A stretch of 64,000 bases of DNA from Setoptus koraiensis. Its lineage: Eukaryota > Animalia > Arthropoda. The translations under genes were made by a program, and so were the position numbers. Location of the stretch: positions 930,001-994,000 of the forward strand of contig CM106585.1 in assembly GCA_048013815.1 (NCBI GenBank). Direction: 5' to 3'. Below, piece by piece: positions 61,152 to 64,000 of this stretch (the first letter of the stretch is position 1; every line of letters begins with the position of its first letter). Below the pieces are notes generated by a model. It worked only from the letters and a program-made list of their open reading frames with translations. It did no database searches and had not been told where the DNA came from.

Positions 61152-64000
61152 CGTGTACCTGTTCCTTTTCGCTCTATGTCTCGGTGTCCAAACAGCCAAA
61201 TAGGTCCAATAGGTAGCGGCGGCAGCCATATTGATGAATTTAATGGAAGAACGCTGACCAGCCGATTGTCATGTTGGCGCCGCCACCAAAACAAATTGAT
61301 GATCGATATTAGTGTATCGGCTTCGTGTGTTTGGTTTTGCGCTTGTACTACTCCCTGTATTGTATTCAGCATATCGTACTGACTCAATAGCAACAGCGAA
61401 CCGAGGTTGCCCAAGGAAAATAAGAGAGAAAATTAATTATTGAAAAGCCAACGCGCTGTCACTGCATAGCAAATTATAATGATGGCCGATAGCGGCAACT
61501 AGCGATTTAATCAACTCTCGGCAGGCAACTTGTTTTTACCAATATTTGCTCAACCAATACTCTCTCTCCCCGTGTTATCCGACTTTGTATGTTGCTGGTC
61601 TCGATCGTATGGTGATTGTATATGATGATATAGCGGTAGAATAGAGTGGCGCCTATCAATCACGTACAACCGAATAGATACTTATTAGCTACATGAGAAT
61701 GAACAGTGTTTAGTCTTCATTCAAATAGTTATTGACTGGCACGCAATATTCCAATATATACATTTTGTTGTTGTTGTTGTTACTGTCCATTTCAATAATT
61801 CAATACACTCCATACAGTGCATACACGATGAATATTGGTGCCGACGATGGTTATTATCTCTTCATTGGTGCCTTCTCTTCTCGACAACACCGCCAATCAA
61901 CGGCGAGATCTTTCTTTTTGAATTAAATCAGTTTAGTCCAGCGCGAGTGTGCCGTGCAATTGCTGGCCAATTTGATTCAATCCAATATGGCAAGCGTTGT
62001 TTTTTTTTCAACATTTTTACAATTTTCAACAACGCCAAGTCCCATAATAGCCGACTCTGTTATTAATAATAATATATACTAATAGTAATGGTAATATCGA
62101 ATAACATTGTTCTATGGTGCGCTGTTTATTGTTGTTGTTTAATGATTTAATACAATCTCTACAATCTAATGTGTTCTCATCTGATCATTAATTAATCACA
62201 ACAATCTTTTGTTTGTTTGTTTGTTTGTTGTCCTAATATTTGTTGTTTGTTGAAGGTGCCGCCGCCGTCACGCTCGTTAAGCGTGGCTTCGAAAAAATGG
62301 TGAGTCCCTTCAAAATTGGCGCCTTACCTAGACACGGTCACACAAGCGCGCAATCAACTGGTTTAGGACTGGTTAGAATAATTCGTTTCGACAACAAACA
62401 AACAGCGACCAACTTTTATATCTCTTTACTTTTTACAACCGATACACTGTAACGATAACGACGCTTAGTACATAGTATCCAGTAAAAAGTGGACAATAAC
62501 ATCGGTCTGGTTAGGCATGATTGTTGCCAATACACAGTGTACATGGTAATATTAATCTAATAATAATTGTTGTGGTTGTTACAGAACATCTTGCGCCAAT
62601 TTCGTGCGTGTATCAGCTGTCTGAATATTTTAATATTTTGAGTTGTATCACCATTATTAACAATGTTCAACTCAAAAAATATTCAACCAGATAAAATATG
62701 ACAAGCTTGCCTTAAAAGATATAGCATGCGCTTGGCGAGACTGGCCGTTTGTTGACCTAAGCGCTGACCAAACAGCGACCGACAACAGCGTTAATAATTG
62801 TTGTTTTCTTATCTCAGAATTGTATCTCCCTCTTTGGCCCGCCAGTTCTGGCTAGATGTTAGTGGACACGCAGGATCGCAGTAGTATTAGAGAGCAACGT
62901 ACGAATAAACTAACTTTATCATACGGAAGGATATCAATCATCAAGCAACAGAAACAGCAAACATGGAACAAACAGCAAACTTGGTACCACAACTCAAACA
63001 ACTCATTGTTGCTGGTCAAATTGTTCACTTCCGTCCAAGGGCACCCAAACGGCTGACCAAATAGAGGCACGCTTCAAAAGGTTACATAATATGAGCGAGG
63101 ACCCTGGTTGAGTAACTCGTTACAAGGACACTTTCATTTTCAACGGCCCATTGCAACAGCTAATACTAATAATACAACTCATTCAAACACTTAGCCCAGA
63201 TAAACTCAACTCTCATCGTTGTTCACAACCAACAAATTTCGCTACGTTATTGTGTCGCTGATTACATTTGGCCGGCGCCACAACAACACCGGACACACGC
63301 TGGCCACCATAACCACCGCACAGATTTCCTGCTGATGTTGCCAACCAATGTATTTTGGGGCCATTCTAGTCTGGCCAGACTATTGGGCATTTGGTGATGT
63401 ATGTGTTTGTTTGACTGACAGAGTGAATGAGTCATTTCACACAAAAGGCCGCGCCACTACTATATAGCATGAAGCGCCGCTGGCCGCTAATTCCTTAAAG
63501 CTGACCAAATAACAACAACAATAGCCAGCAACAATAGTAGCCCACTAACAACGGAGGAAGCCCAACTGATTAGATTTGAGCATCCATTGTTTGACATTTT
63601 GGTGGCACCACTTGGTTCGCTGTTGTCGTCGCCTTTCACCAACATAGGCCAGGCTAGCTGGCTGTATTGGCCTGTATTGCCCTGGCTTGACCACGAGAGC
63701 TGCGGCGGCAGCAGCAGTAGCAAAGTAGCTATGTGATTTGTTGTTGTTGTTGCTGCTGCTGTTGTAGTTTGACGTCCGATGTTGCCGATTGTTCACAAGT
63801 GTTATGTAACTCATGATGTACGTATAATGCCTAAATAATAATGTCGACAGCAGCGCCAACAACAACAGTAATAATAATAATAAAACATCTGCTGTCGGCC
63901 TCTCACAATGGGCACAAATTGTTGGTCAAAGGTTGGTCGGCTGGCTGGCGGCGGCAGCAGCATAAAATTCTGTGTAATGGCAAGTTGTATAGTGGATGAT

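Noticed and set aside
47739-63865. Many 60-220-codon ORFs, including signal-peptide-like 58522-58863 and polyQ-polyR 57855-58130
   Set aside because: They occur on both strands in overlapping frames, are driven by microsatellites and higher GC, and have no domains or supported splice chains.

Overview
Eukaryotic (animal, arthropod-type) genomic DNA. It is AT-rich and gene-dense over the first ~47.5 kb, with few and mostly short GT-AG introns. The gene set and marked intron poverty suggest a miniaturised mite genome, possibly eriophyoid-like; this is inference, not a database result. Genes in order: 5'-truncated NACHT/WD40 protein (+), WIPI2/Atg18 (-), nitric oxide synthase (-), a large unassigned low-complexity gene (-), PARN deadenylase (-), MRPS9 (+), TMEM272-like (-), a decayed clan-2-type cytochrome P450 pseudogene (+), a small secreted neuropeptide-like precursor (+), HIBCH (-) and a latrophilin/Cirl adhesion GPCR (-). 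From ~47.6 kb to the end the sequence is more GC-rich and full of micro-repeats, with no convincing coding exon. The most unusual element is the latrophilin. It has two tandem GPS modules, the second on its own in-frame cassette exon, and neither has the canonical H-L|T/S autoproteolysis triad. It also has no hormone-binding domain, no recognisable helical GAIN subdomain, and very long intracellular loops 1 and 2. Also notable are a NOS lacking the regulatory C-terminal tail and encoded essentially by one exon, and a candidate proctolin-/AKH-like neuropeptide. No rRNA, tRNA, CRISPR array or intact transposon was recognised. All family assignments rest on motif recognition by eye.
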